Shown: one piece after another, positions 1 through 10,371 of the stretch
Layout: every line of letters begins with the position of its first letter
Numbering within the stretch: the stretch's first letter is position 1
Assembly (NCBI GenBank): GCA_963837465.1
Contig: CAWINB010000004.1
Location: 522,853-586,852 of the forward strand
Origin: Candidatus Doudnabacteria bacterium
Lineage (GTDB): Bacteria; Patescibacteriota; Doudnabacteria; UBA920
Direction of reading: 5' to 3'
Length of the DNA stretch: 64,000 nt
Program-made: the position numbers and the translations under genes
The notes under the pieces: generated by a model
Seen by the model: the letters and a program-made list of their open reading frames with translations, nothing else
Database searches by the model: none
Told to the model about the DNA's origin: nothing

Positions 1-444
1 GGATGGTTTAGCTATAAATTTTCCGGTTATTTTCAAAAAGTTATTGCCATTGAGCCTTCGGCTAAGGCCGTGGAAATATGCAAAGAATTGTACCCGCCGC
101 AAAAATACCAAAATATTGAGTGGAGACAGGGTTTTGCGGAAAATGTTTTATCAGGCCTTAAGCTAAATACCCCGGCCTTATTTTTTACCGGGGTAGTTTT
201 AAGCCATTTAAGGGACAAAGAAGTAATAAAAATTTGCGCAGCTGTTAACAGCCTGGCTTTGCCCGGGTCGATTTTAGATTTTAGCGAATGCTGGGGGCAG
301 GAGTCACACCAAATAATGTGGCATGTAAGGACTAAAGAGTGGTGGCAAAGCCAGCTTCCGGGCTGGGAACTGGATTTTCACGGGCCAATAATCCAGGATA
401 CTCCCGGCAGGCACAAAGGTTTTTTTGGTGTAAAAGTTAAATAA
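1..444 (+). CDS. Class I SAM-dependent methyltransferase, 5'-partial
   Basis: Frame is open from base 1 (GWFSYKFSGYFQKVIAIEPSAKAVE...), resembling post-motif-I and motif-II of SAM methyltransferases; VVLSHL motif; polysaccharide-operon context. Confidence 0.65.
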   Translation, partial: GWFSYKFSGYFQKVIAIEPSAKAVEICKELYPPQKYQNIEWRQGFAENVLSGLKLNTPALFFTGVVLSHLRDKEVIKICAAVNSLALPGSILDFSECWGQESHQIMWHVRTKEWWQSQLPGWELDFHGPIIQDTPGRHKGFFGVKVK

Positions 445-446
445 CA

Positions 447-1355
447 ATGCTGAATATTTATACAGAAAATTTTTATATTGGCCCCAGGCTAAAAAATTTG
501 GTGAAGAAAGTTTTGGGAAAAAGCCAGCGGGGACCGGAAGCGGTTTTTTTGAGTTTGCAGAGAGGCTTTCATCAGTTGGCAGAGAAATACGAAGTCAACG
601 CCCCCTTGGCCGAGCATGTAAAATCCGCCGGTGTTTTAAGCGGGGTAATGACACTGCGCTGGGTCATAAAGCAAAAACAGGCCGGGGAAATAAAAAAAAT
701 TATTGCCGGGCCAAACTTAGTGGTTACACCCAAGGATTCCCAAGGTGTTTTGCTTAACCCGTCTATAGATACTGTAATTGTGCCTTGCCAGTGGGTTAAA
801 GATTTCTATATTAAGGTGGCTCCACAGCTGGCGCCTAAAATCCAAATATGGCCCGGCGGCGTGGAAGTTAAAGAGTTGACTAAAGACGACAAAATTTTTG
901 ACTTTCTTGTTTTTAATAAGCTGGGCCAGAAAGCGGGTTTGGCAAGTAAAATTATTGGACATTTAGAGCAGCAAGGGTACAAGCTTAAAATTTTGACCTA
1001 CGGTTCTTTTAAGCAGCAAGATTATTTTAATAGTTTAAATAAGAGCAAGAATTTAATCTATCTTTCGGTTAGTGAAAGCCAGGGCCTGGCCATGTTTGAA
1101 GCCTGGGCCAGGGGAGTGCCGACTTTGCTATGGGACAAAGGTTTTTTTGAACTGGGTGGGGTTTTAGTACAGGGTTTTACCTCCAGCCCTTACTTGGCGC
1201 CTCAGGCCGGAGAAAGGTTTAAGGATTTTGACGATTTTATTTTAACCCTGCCAAAATTTTTAAATTCCAGCTATGCGTCGCGCGAGTACGTATTAAATAA
1301 TTTTTCCGATAAAATTTGCGCCCAAAAATATTTAGATATCTTTTATGAAGCATAA
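447..1355 (+). CDS. Glycosyltransferase (GT-B/GT4-like)
   Basis: SESQGLAMFEAWARGVP matches the GT4 E-x7-E motif. Confidence 0.75.
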   Translation: MLNIYTENFYIGPRLKNLVKKVLGKSQRGPEAVFLSLQRGFHQLAEKYEVNAPLAEHVKSAGVLSGVMTLRWVIKQKQAGEIKKIIAGPNLVVTPKDSQGVLLNPSIDTVIVPCQWVKDFYIKVAPQLAPKIQIWPGGVEVKELTKDDKIFDFLVFNKLGQKAGLASKIIGHLEQQGYKLKILTYGSFKQQDYFNSLNKSKNLIYLSVSESQGLAMFEAWARGVPTLLWDKGFFELGGVLVQGFTSSPYLAPQAGERFKDFDDFILTLPKFLNSSYASREYVLNNFSDKICAQKYLDIFYEA

Positions 1356-2079
1356 AATTTCAAAAGCTTTAAGCTTGGCTAAGTCGTTGCTCGGGGGGCT
1401 GGTTTGGTATCCGAGGGATTATTTTTTTTATAAGCGCCTGCAAAAAAATGCCGGGTTTAACGGACCGTTTTATTTTATGCCGCGCATTCTGGACAAGAAT
1501 CCCGCATCGCACACCTTTGACAAGCATTACGTTTACATGGACAGATGGGCACTCAAACACTTACTCAATGTCCGGCCGGAAGGCCATGTTGACGTGGGTT
1601 CTTCCATAAGGTTTTTGTCCATGGCCAGTGCAGTTGCAAAATTAAAATTTGTTGACATTCGGCCTGTGCAAACGGATTTTGACAACTTTGAATGCATAGA
1701 AGGCAGTATTTTAAAAATGCCGTTTGCGGACGACTCCGTAAAATCTTTGTCCTGCCTGCATGTGGCCGAGCATATTGGCTTGGGGCGTTATGGCGACCCG
1801 TTGGACCCCGAAGGGACAAAAAAAGCCTGTTTGGAGCTTAAACGGATATTGGCCCCGGGCGGAAAGTTATATTTTGCTTTGCCAATAGGAAAAAGTGCTA
1901 TTTATTTTAACGCCCACCGAGTGCACAACCCAAAAACAATTTTGGAATATTTTTCGGGATTAAAGTTGCTGAATTTTTCGGCAGTGAACGATGCCGGCAG
2001 GTTTGTTGCCGGGACAAATATTGGTGATTATGATAATGCCAGTTATTCCTGCGGGATGTTTGAATTCACAAAATTATAA
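1345..2079 (+). CDS. DUF268-like SAM-dependent methyltransferase
   Basis: HVDVGSS and LSCLHVAEHIGLGRYGDPLDP motifs; FNAHRV. Confidence 0.8.
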   Translation: MKHKISKALSLAKSLLGGLVWYPRDYFFYKRLQKNAGFNGPFYFMPRILDKNPASHTFDKHYVYMDRWALKHLLNVRPEGHVDVGSSIRFLSMASAVAKLKFVDIRPVQTDFDNFECIEGSILKMPFADDSVKSLSCLHVAEHIGLGRYGDPLDPEGTKKACLELKRILAPGGKLYFALPIGKSAIYFNAHRVHNPKTILEYFSGLKLLNFSAVNDAGRFVAGTNIGDYDNASYSCGMFEFTKL

Positions 2080-2105
2080 AGCGCATTTGGCAACAGACCC
2101 AAACA

Positions 2106-3320
2106 ATGTCCATTACGGAAAAAATTTATCAGCACTTTAAGCGCAAGACCAACAGCACCAGTTTTATCCCCCAGATTGATGGTTTAAGGTTTTTAGCCAT
2201 AATGATGGTCGTGCTGTACCATATCAATATTTTTGTCACGGTCAAAGTGCCGTTTGCTTTTACACGGCCGCCGGGGGATTATTGGCAGATGTTCAATTTA
2301 CTAAACTCAGACCGCAAGGGAGTATTCCTGTTTTTTGTAATCAGCGGCTTTATTTTGGCGCTGCCTTTTGCCCGCGCGGCCAGGGGCGAAGGTAAACCGG
2401 TGGAACTGAAGCACTATTACTTAAGGCGCTTAACACGTTTGGAGCCGCCCTATATTTTAGTTATGGTGGCCTGCTTTTTTGGTATTTTATTTCTTAAAGG
2501 TCATGAGTTTGCCGCTTCGTTCCCGCATACTTTTTTAGGCTTGCTGCCGCGCCTGGCCGCGTCGCTTATTTATATGCACAACATTATTTTTCCGCAATAC
2601 CTTTCTTTAAATCCAGTGGCATGGTCTTTGGAAATTGAAGTCCAGTTTTATCTGCTGGTGCCGCTGTTGGTTAAGGTTTTTAAATTGCCGCAAATTAGCC
2701 GCCGGGTACTGCTGGTTGCCGCCGCCGCGATGTTTATTTTTTTACAGCACCTGCTGCATCCCACCGTGGATACTCTGTTCAGTTACATCCAATATTTCCT
2801 TGCCGGATTTTTGCTGGTGGATTTATATTTGTCCGGGGTTAAATTTAAGCTTCCCGCCGCGGTCAGTTTAGCCTTTGGTCTGCTGTGCCTAGTGTTTATC
2901 GGCTACGCGAACCTGAGGCCGCACAATTATCTGGAATATATTTTCCCGGCTGTTGTTTTGTCTTTTTACCTGCTGGTTTTAACCGACAATATATGGAAGA
3001 AAGTATTCAGCCTGCGCCTCCTAACCGCTGTTGGCGGGATGTGCTATTCTATATATCTTTTACACTATAATATTATTCCCCTGGTCGGCAACATTACCAT
3101 TGCTTATAACGTCTCGCGTTTTTATCCGCTTGATTATCTGTGGCAGACTGTAATTTTATTGCCGATTATTCTCCTGGTTTCTTCGGTGTTTTACCTGCTG
3201 ATTGAGCGTCCCTGTATGGACAAGGATTGGCCGATAAAACTTTGGGGTTGGGTTTCCGGCCATTTGCCGCCGCGAAAGACAAATAACACGCAACCGTTCC
3301 CGACAGCTGTAATTAAATAA
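2106..3320 (+). CDS. Acyltransferase family 3 (OafA-like O-acyltransferase)
   Basis: IDGLRFLA, FFVISGF, RRLTRLEP, WSLEIEVQFY, YSIYLLH motifs; multiple TM segments. Confidence 0.9.
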   Translation: MSITEKIYQHFKRKTNSTSFIPQIDGLRFLAIMMVVLYHINIFVTVKVPFAFTRPPGDYWQMFNLLNSDRKGVFLFFVISGFILALPFARAARGEGKPVELKHYYLRRLTRLEPPYILVMVACFFGILFLKGHEFAASFPHTFLGLLPRLAASLIYMHNIIFPQYLSLNPVAWSLEIEVQFYLLVPLLVKVFKLPQISRRVLLVAAAAMFIFLQHLLHPTVDTLFSYIQYFLAGFLLVDLYLSGVKFKLPAAVSLAFGLLCLVFIGYANLRPHNYLEYIFPAVVLSFYLLVLTDNIWKKVFSLRLLTAVGGMCYSIYLLHYNIIPLVGNITIAYNVSRFYPLDYLWQTVILLPIILLVSSVFYLLIERPCMDKDWPIKLWGWVSGHLPPRKTNNTQPFPTAVIK

Positions 3321-3326
3321 AGCCAT

Positions 3327-4127
3327 ATGGACCCGAAAATTTCCATAATAATGCCGACCTATAACAACGCCGCCTTTTTGCCCGCGGCTCTGGAAAGCGT
3401 CTTAAGGCAAAGTTTCGGCGACTGGGAGCTTTTGGTTATCAATGACGCTTCTTCCGATAACACCGACGATATTTTGGAAATTTTTAAAAATAAAGACAGA
3501 CGAATTTTTGTCTGGAACAACCAAGCCAACAGGGGATTGACCAGGAATTTAAATTTTGCGCTGGGTAAAGCCAAAGGCCAATACATTGCCCGCTTGGACA
3601 GCGATGATATTTGGTCGGATAACCGCAAACTGCAAAAACAGGCCGATTTTTTAAATCACAATCCCGGTTGTTGTCTGGTGGGATCGTGGGCCGAAGCCTT
3701 CGGGGCCGATAATAAAAAATCCTTTGCCATAAAGTACCCGACTGCCGACAGGGAGATTCGCGGGCAGTTATTACTGCGCAACTGTTTTGTCCATAGCAGT
3801 ATCCTGGCCCGTAAGGCAAGCCTTTTAGCCGCGGGGGGGTATGATTTAAAATGGCAGTATATCGAGGATTACGCTTTATGGATGAAATTGGGCCTCAGCG
3901 GAAGCCTTGCCAATCTGCCGGAAATTATGGTACGCTATCGCCTGAACAACGTTGGCATAACCAGGACAAAAAACAGCGGGCAAATCAGAAATGTTTTGTC
4001 TTTAATCAAACAATATGGCAGCAGCTATCCCGGCTATAAAATGTCGGTGTGCAAGTGGTATTTACAGTATGCTTTAAGTTTTACAGGTTTGATGAAAGGG
4101 TTGGATTTTTTAAAACATAAAATCTAA
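3327..4127 (+). CDS. Glycosyltransferase family 2
   Basis: ISIIMPTYN, INDASSD, ARLDSDD, IEDYALW. Confidence 0.9.
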   Translation: MDPKISIIMPTYNNAAFLPAALESVLRQSFGDWELLVINDASSDNTDDILEIFKNKDRRIFVWNNQANRGLTRNLNFALGKAKGQYIARLDSDDIWSDNRKLQKQADFLNHNPGCCLVGSWAEAFGADNKKSFAIKYPTADREIRGQLLLRNCFVHSSILARKASLLAAGGYDLKWQYIEDYALWMKLGLSGSLANLPEIMVRYRLNNVGITRTKNSGQIRNVLSLIKQYGSSYPGYKMSVCKWYLQYALSFTGLMKGLDFLKHKI

Positions 4128-4129
4128 AA

Positions 4130-5443
4130 TTGATGCAGGGCAGCAAAGGACTTGTAAAATTTTGGCTTTTAACGGTGCCGGTAACGGTTCTGTTTTATGT
4201 TGCTTTGTGGCTGACTATTGTCTTCCGTTACCAGGACACTTTGGGCCACGCCACCATAGCCGAATTAGTCAGGACGTTCAGCTTTATTTTTTTGCTTTGG
4301 CTGGTTGTGTTTTTTATCCACGGGCTGTTTGAAATAGGGATATTCCGCCGCTACACTTCCCTGGTGTTCGGCTTAATCTCGGCCATGGCCGTCAACACCC
4401 TTATTGCCGTTATTTATTTTTATTTCCAGCCCAACCTTATACTTACCCCGCGCCGTTTTTTGCTGACCGATGTTGTTATTACCCTTTGTCTGACTTTTTT
4501 TTGGTATTTGCTGATGAAATATTTTTTTAAGAGCAAGCTGGTACAGGGAGTTTACATTTTTTCCTTTGGCAATGAGTTGGAGGAACTGGAACGGGAGATA
4601 GCGGCCCACAGCTACCTTGGTTATAAAGTTTTGGGTAAAATTTCGGAAACTTCGCTGGCTTCGGCGAAAATTGAAAAAAATTCCATTATTATTCTGCCCG
4701 ACAACCTCAATTCCACTCCGCAAATCAGCGAACAGTTGTATAAGCTCAGGACGCAGGGAGTAATGTTTTACAACCACAAAGATTTTTATGAAAATTTGCT
4801 GCGGCGGATTTATCTTTCGGACTTAAACGAGTTATGGTTTCTGGAAAATATCGATTACCAGGAGAAGCGCCTGTATAATATGGGCAAAAGATTCGTGGAT
4901 GTTATTTTGGGCCTTATCGGGATATTTTTTTTCCTGGTCAGTTACCCGTTTTGCGCCCTGGCTATAAAACTTAACGGCAAAGGGCCGGTCTTATTCGTCC
5001 AGGAGCGGACGGGCAAGCGGGGAAAATTGTTTAAAGTCTACAAATACCGGACTATGGACAGGTCGGATTATAAAGATGGCACATCGGTCCAGGACCAGCG
5101 CATTACCAAAGTCGGCAAATTTTTACGCAAAAGCCGGATAGACGAATGGCCGCAATTTATAAATTTGATTTTGGGGCATATTAGCCTGGTAGGTCCCAGG
5201 CCCGAAAGACCCCACATTGTGGAAGTGCTGCAAAGCCAGATTCCTTTTTACGATGAACGCCATTTGGTTAAGCCCGGAATTACCGGCTGGGGCCAGGTTA
5301 ATAATATTTACGCCACCACCACGGAAGAATCGCGCGCCAAACTTCAGTACGACCTCTACTATGTCAAACACCGCGGCTTTTTATTTGATCTGGAAATCAT
5401 CCTAAAAACCGTTTACTATATCTTTACCTGGCAGGGGAGGTAA
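4130..5443 (+). CDS. Polyprenyl-phosphate glycosylphosphotransferase (WcaJ/WbaP-like sugar transferase)
   Basis: N-terminal TMs; KRFVD, YKYRTM, RIDEWPQ, SLVGPRPE, KPGITGWGQV, YDLYY. Confidence 0.92.
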   Translation: MMQGSKGLVKFWLLTVPVTVLFYVALWLTIVFRYQDTLGHATIAELVRTFSFIFLLWLVVFFIHGLFEIGIFRRYTSLVFGLISAMAVNTLIAVIYFYFQPNLILTPRRFLLTDVVITLCLTFFWYLLMKYFFKSKLVQGVYIFSFGNELEELEREIAAHSYLGYKVLGKISETSLASAKIEKNSIIILPDNLNSTPQISEQLYKLRTQGVMFYNHKDFYENLLRRIYLSDLNELWFLENIDYQEKRLYNMGKRFVDVILGLIGIFFFLVSYPFCALAIKLNGKGPVLFVQERTGKRGKLFKVYKYRTMDRSDYKDGTSVQDQRITKVGKFLRKSRIDEWPQFINLILGHISLVGPRPERPHIVEVLQSQIPFYDERHLVKPGITGWGQVNNIYATTTEESRAKLQYDLYYVKHRGFLFDLEIILKTVYYIFTWQGR

Positions 5444-5467
5444 AACACGACCATAATTAGTTTTAAA

Positions 5468-5494
5468 GAAAGGCGGCCAATTTGGCCGCCTTTC
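5468..5494. terminator. Hairpin, probable intrinsic terminator
   Basis: gaaaggcggccaa-t-ttggccgcctttc inverted repeat just after the polysaccharide operon. Confidence 0.7.
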
Positions 5495-5507
5495 GGCATT
5501 TTCTATT

Positions 5508-5535
5508 TTGATTTTTTGGGATTTAATGGTATAAT
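5508..5535 (+). promoter_or_regulatory. Sigma70-type promoter for the pil cluster
   Basis: TTGATT-16-TATAAT with extended -10 (TGgTATAAT), 45 bp upstream of pilB. Confidence 0.55.
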
Positions 5536-5580
5536 CACTACAAAGTTCCGGTCTTTTGAAATAAAAATAAATTTTTTTAA

Positions 5581-7341
5581 ATGGACAAACAACAGCTAAA
5601 TTCAGCTCTGAAGGAAAAAAAGATTTTAGGCGAAGACAAGCTTAAAGTTTTGGAAAAGGAAGCCGCGCAGCTTAAAACCCCTGAGCCCTGGGAAGATTTT
5701 CTTCTGGAAAAAAAAGTTTTAAACCAAGCTGAGCTTTTAAGCCTGAAATCAGAACTTTTAAAAACCCCGATTATTGACTTAACAGCCCAGCAAATTTCCC
5801 AGGATGTCTTAAACCTGGTGCCGGAACCCATTGCCCATCGCCACCAGGTCATCAGCTTTGCCAAAAACAAAGACGAGCTGGCTTTGGCCATGACCGACCC
5901 CGAGGATATCCAGACCAAGGAATTCATTCAAAAAAAGACGGGTTTAAAAATCAAGACTTTTTTAATCGGCCGCGCCAGCCTGGATTTTGGCCTGTCCAAA
6001 TATCATTTGAGCCTGGAAAAAGAAATTAAGCACCTGGTTGCTCCCGGCGCCCAGCCGATTACGGATTCGGCCAAGGCCGAGGGGCAAAGCGCTTTTGACG
6101 ACGGCTTAAAAAAAATGGCCGAAGAAATCCCCGTCATCCGCGTGGTTGATACGCTGCTGGAGTACGCCGTGTTTGAAAAGGCCAGCGACATCCATATTGA
6201 GCCGCAGGAAAATTCCGTGGTCGTGCGTTACCGCATTGACGGCGTGCTCCATGACGTTATGACCCTGCCTAAAGTTATTCAGGCCGCGCTGGTGGCGCGC
6301 ATTAAGGTATTGACCAACTTAAAAATAGACGAGCACCGGCTGCCCCAGGACGGCAGGTTTAAAATCGACAAAGATTCCGTAAAGTTTTCCCTGCGCGTTT
6401 CCACCATCCCTATTTTTGACGGCGAAAAAGTGGTTATCCGTTTATTGGACGAGTCGGCCAAAGCACAGACTCTGGAAGATTTGGGTTTTGAAAAAAGCGC
6501 GCTGGACGCCATTAGCCGCAACATCAAAAAACCCCACGGCATGCTTTTGGTAACCGGCCCCACCGGCAGCGGAAAGTCCACGACCCTTTACACTATTTTG
6601 TCCCTGCTCAACACCAAATCCGTCAACATTTCCACCATTGAAGACCCGGTGGAGTACCGTATTGTCGGCACCAACCAGATGCAGGTTAGTCCCAAAATCG
6701 GCCTGACGTTTGACGTTGGCCTGCGCGCCCTGCTGCGGCAGGATCCCAACATTATTATGATAGGTGAAATCCGCGACCGGGAAACCGCGGAAGAAGCCGT
6801 GCACGCGGCCATGACCGGCCACGTGGTGTTTTCCACCCTGCACACCAACTCCGCGGCCTCGGCATTGCCCAGGCTTTTGGATATAGGCGTGGAGCCCTAC
6901 CTTATAGCTTCCACCATTAACGCAGTGCTGGCCCAAAGGCTGGTGCGCGCCATTTGTAAAGATTGCCAGGCGCCCATAAAGCTGGATGACGCCGCGGTGG
7001 AAACTTTGTCCGGGCAGTTCCATATGGACAAACTCATGGCGACTTTGTCCAAGCTCGGCCTGGCGGCCTCCAAAACCAAAACCATCGGCGAACTTAAATT
7101 TTACAAAGGCCAGGGTTGCGACAAATGCGGGCACACCGGCTACAAGGGCCGCTCGGGCATCCACGAAATTCTGGAAATGACCCCGGAGGTTTCCGAAATG
7201 ATTATGGAGCATAAAAGCGCCCAGGACATCCAGGACATGGCCGAAAAACAGGGCATGCTGCTAATGTGGGAGGATGGCTTTATCAAGGCGCTTAAGGGGA
7301 TAACGACGATAGACGAGATAGTCAGAGTAAGTAAAGAGTAA
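5581..7341 (+). CDS. pilB: Type IV pilus/T2SS assembly ATPase (PilB/GspE)
   Basis: ASDIHIEP, PQDGRF, Walker A GPTGSGKS, EDPVE, LRQDPN, GEIRD, STLHTN, two CxxC pairs. Confidence 0.93.
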   Translation: MDKQQLNSALKEKKILGEDKLKVLEKEAAQLKTPEPWEDFLLEKKVLNQAELLSLKSELLKTPIIDLTAQQISQDVLNLVPEPIAHRHQVISFAKNKDELALAMTDPEDIQTKEFIQKKTGLKIKTFLIGRASLDFGLSKYHLSLEKEIKHLVAPGAQPITDSAKAEGQSAFDDGLKKMAEEIPVIRVVDTLLEYAVFEKASDIHIEPQENSVVVRYRIDGVLHDVMTLPKVIQAALVARIKVLTNLKIDEHRLPQDGRFKIDKDSVKFSLRVSTIPIFDGEKVVIRLLDESAKAQTLEDLGFEKSALDAISRNIKKPHGMLLVTGPTGSGKSTTLYTILSLLNTKSVNISTIEDPVEYRIVGTNQMQVSPKIGLTFDVGLRALLRQDPNIIMIGEIRDRETAEEAVHAAMTGHVVFSTLHTNSAASALPRLLDIGVEPYLIASTINAVLAQRLVRAICKDCQAPIKLDDAAVETLSGQFHMDKLMATLSKLGLAASKTKTIGELKFYKGQGCDKCGHTGYKGRSGIHEILEMTPEVSEMIMEHKSAQDIQDMAEKQGMLLMWEDGFIKALKGITTIDEIVRVSKE

Positions 7342-7504
7342 TGACAAAAATGAGCAAAAATAATAAAAATTAAAAAAATAACAAACCGTGTTTATCTAAT
7401 AGTTTTATCCCTGACCCTAGACGACGAGGATCCCGCAACTTTCTTCGATACGGCATTAATGCTATTTTTGTCAATTTTGTCATTTTTTTAATTTTTGTCA
7501 TTTA
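7340..7504. repeat. Intergenic imperfect inverted repeat (MITE/REP-like)
   Basis: aatgacaaaaat... on the left is mirrored by repeated ...ttttgtcatt on the right. Confidence 0.4.
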
Positions 7505-7508
7505 GTCT

Positions 7509-8714
7509 ATGGAATTTTCCTACACAGCTTTAACCAAGGACGGGCACAGGGAATCGGCCACTATCCAGGCCGCCAGTTTAGCCGCGGCCGGCCACCTGCT
7601 TAAAGAACAGGGGCTGTTGCCGACAAAAATTACCGAACAAGCCAAAAAAGGCTCCATGGATTTTTTACAGTCGCTTGCCAGCATCTCCCTGGACGAGAAA
7701 ATCGGTTTTATTGAAAACCTCAGCGTCATGCTTAAAGCTGGTATTCCCATAAGCCGCTGCCTGCAAATTTTAGCCAAGCAGACAAAAAACCACAGGTTCC
7801 AGGTAATTTTGGGGGATGTTTACAGCCAGGTCCAGCAGGGCAAGGGGCTTTCCGAAGCCGTGGAAAAATACCCGCGGGTTTTTCCCAACATAATCGTCAG
7901 CATGATTAAAGTCGGGGAAATTTCCGGTAATTTGGATAAAAACCTGGAATATTTAAGCATCCAGCTGCATCGAGAGTCCGACTTAAAAAGCAAAGTCCGC
8001 GGTGCCATGATTTATCCTTCGGTTATTGTCGGCGCCATGGTCATAATTGGAGTTTTAATGTCTATTTTCGTGCTGCCAAACCTGACCTCCATTTTTGAGC
8101 AGCAGAGCGCGTCGCTCCCCCTAAGTACCCAAGTAGTCATAGCCTTTTCCAACTTTATGAGTCACCACGCGGTATTGGTTATCGGCGGCATGATAGCTCT
8201 TATTGCGGCGGCTATCGCCGCTTTGCGGACTTACGAAGGACAGCGCATTTTTGATATGTTGAGCCTCCGTATCATGGCGGTCAACACCGTGGTAAAGAAA
8301 GTCAACCTGGCGCGCTTTTCCAGAATTTTAAGCTCGCTTTTAAAAAGCGGCATTCCCATTGTCCAGGCCCTGGATGTGGCCGGCGAATCTTTGGGCAACA
8401 TCCCTTACCGCCTGCTGGTGCGGGAAACCGCGGCCCAGGTAAAGTTAGGCAAGCCGCTGGCCGACGTCCTGGGCAAAAATACCGACCTGTTCCCCCCGCT
8501 GGTCACGCAAATGATAGAAGTCGGCGAAGAAAGCGGCAGCGTGCAGGAAATTTTGGAGCAGCTGGCGGTGCATTATGAAGAAGAAGTTGACAATACCCTG
8601 AGGAATTTATCTTCCATAATTGAGCCCCTTCTGATTTTGGTGATTGGCGCGGTAGTCGGGCTTTTAGCCATATCCTTAATCACTCCTATTTACAGCATTT
8701 ATCAAAACCAATGA
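7509..8714 (+). CDS. pilC: Type IV pilus platform protein PilC/GspF
   Basis: Two GspF domains (LKAGIPI...GEISGNL; LKSGIPI...GEESGSV); AMIYP; IIEPLLI. Confidence 0.92.
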   Translation: MEFSYTALTKDGHRESATIQAASLAAAGHLLKEQGLLPTKITEQAKKGSMDFLQSLASISLDEKIGFIENLSVMLKAGIPISRCLQILAKQTKNHRFQVILGDVYSQVQQGKGLSEAVEKYPRVFPNIIVSMIKVGEISGNLDKNLEYLSIQLHRESDLKSKVRGAMIYPSVIVGAMVIIGVLMSIFVLPNLTSIFEQQSASLPLSTQVVIAFSNFMSHHAVLVIGGMIALIAAAIAALRTYEGQRIFDMLSLRIMAVNTVVKKVNLARFSRILSSLLKSGIPIVQALDVAGESLGNIPYRLLVRETAAQVKLGKPLADVLGKNTDLFPPLVTQMIEVGEESGSVQEILEQLAVHYEEEVDNTLRNLSSIIEPLLILVIGAVVGLLAISLITPIYSIYQNQ

Positions 8715-9781
8715 TTAAATTTTTATCCAACAGCGTAACTGCATTTGGCCTGGACTTAAGCGCCAGTTCCGTTAAGCTGATGCAGCTGGAAAAAAAAGAC
8801 AAGCGCCTGAGCCTGAAAGCCTATTCCAGCGCGCTTTTGCCCAAGGGTCTGGTTGTAAATGATATTATCGGAGACGCTAAAATTTTTTCGGCCCTGCTGA
8901 AACAAAGTTTGGATAAGCCCGATTTCGGCAAATTCACCACTGATTACGTAGTGGCAAGTCTGCCCGAATCCAAGTCTTTTGTGCGGGTTATCCAACTTCC
9001 CGCAATGAGTAGCGGGGAAGCCGAAAGCGCGGTGCCTTACGAAGCCGAAAGCTTTATTCCCATGCCGCTGGACCAGGTTTATCTTGACTGGCAAAAAATC
9101 GGTGAAACCGGCGATAAAATGAATATTCTGATAATAGCCTCGCCCAAGGATTTTGTTGACGGCTATCTGGAAGTTTTGGATAAATCAGGGCTCCGGTCGG
9201 CGGCTTTGGAGGTGGAGTCGCAAAGCTGCGTCAGGGCGGCGCTGCCTGCCGGAGAAGGCCTCCCGGAAGCGGTTTTGCTCGTAGATTTGGGTTCGGTGCA
9301 CAGCAGCCTGATTATGGTTGAAGACGGCAACTTGCAGTTTACGTCCACCATTCCCATAGCCGGCGGGACATTTACGGAAAGCTTGGCCAAGGCTTTGGGC
9401 ATCTCCAGCGCCAAGGCCGAAGAAATAAAGCGTAAAGTCGGCGTGGCCAACACCACGGAGTATCCAAATATCCAAATCGGCATGCTGCCTGTTTTAAATA
9501 ATCTTGAAGCGGAAATTAAAAACATCCTTAAGTTCCATTCCGAACACTCGGGGCGGCAGGTGCGGAGGATAGTGCTTACCGGCGGCAGCGCCAAGCTTAA
9601 AAATTTGCCGGATTTTTTACTGCCGCTGTTGCAGGAGGTCGGAATTGCCAAAGTGGAGCTAGCTAACCCCTGGCAGGTTTCGGGCCTGCAAAAAACAGCC
9701 GCTTTTAACGACGAAGACAGCCTGAATTTTGCCGCTGTAATGGGTTTGGCCATGCGCGGCGCCGACTATAAAATTATTTAA
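8711..9781 (+). CDS. pilM: Type IV pilus assembly protein PilM
   Basis: GLDLSASSVK, VDLGS, VLTGGSAKL, GLAMR actin-like motifs; follows pilC. Confidence 0.88.
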   Translation: MIKFLSNSVTAFGLDLSASSVKLMQLEKKDKRLSLKAYSSALLPKGLVVNDIIGDAKIFSALLKQSLDKPDFGKFTTDYVVASLPESKSFVRVIQLPAMSSGEAESAVPYEAESFIPMPLDQVYLDWQKIGETGDKMNILIIASPKDFVDGYLEVLDKSGLRSAALEVESQSCVRAALPAGEGLPEAVLLVDLGSVHSSLIMVEDGNLQFTSTIPIAGGTFTESLAKALGISSAKAEEIKRKVGVANTTEYPNIQIGMLPVLNNLEAEIKNILKFHSEHSGRQVRRIVLTGGSAKLKNLPDFLLPLLQEVGIAKVELANPWQVSGLQKTAAFNDEDSLNFAAVMGLAMRGADYKII

Positions 9782-9789
9782 CAGGTTCC

Positions 9790-10344
9790 ATGAAAATCAT
9801 CAACCTTCTTCCCAAACCCAGGCAAAAAGAACTTTATTATTATTTTACGCTGCGTACCCTGTGGCTGGTTGCCAGTTGGTCTTTGGCCAGTTTTGCCGCG
9901 GTGTTTTTGGCGCAATTGGGGGTCAAGTTTTACCTGCAAATTAAGTCCCGCCAGTTAAACAACGAAGTCGCCGCGCTCCAGCAGCAAATTGGCCAGCAGC
10001 AGAACACGGATGTCAAGCAGCAGGTTAAAACCGAGAATAACCTGATTGCCGATTATACTAATCTGACGGCTTCGTCTCCCAAGTGGTCGCAAGTCATAAA
10101 AGCTTTCGCCCCGTTGCCGCCCGCGGGACTTAAAATCAGCTCGTTTGTCGTAAATCCCGCCGATGACTCCGTAACCATTGCCGGCTTAAGCCCCACCCGG
10201 GACCTGGTCATACAGCTTTACAATAATATTTTGCGGGACCAGAGGGATTTTTACGGCATTGATTATCCTCTGGAAAATATTGCCCAGCCCACGGAAGTTA
10301 ATTTCCATTTTACTTTTTACATCCAGAGCAAGCTGCTGCATTAA
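9790..10344 (+). CDS. PilN-like fimbrial assembly protein
   Basis: INLLP motif, single TM, coiled coil; follows pilM. Confidence 0.75.
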   Translation: MKIINLLPKPRQKELYYYFTLRTLWLVASWSLASFAAVFLAQLGVKFYLQIKSRQLNNEVAALQQQIGQQQNTDVKQQVKTENNLIADYTNLTASSPKWSQVIKAFAPLPPAGLKISSFVVNPADDSVTIAGLSPTRDLVIQLYNNILRDQRDFYGIDYPLENIAQPTEVNFHFTFYIQSKLLH

Positions 10345-10371
10345 TTATCAGACATATCCATAAAATCCAAA

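Noticed and set aside
6442-9753. Long antisense ORFs over pilB and pilM (and similar ones over typA, hsd genes and the giant gene)
   Set aside because: Shadow frames of well-supported genes with no recognisable motifs.
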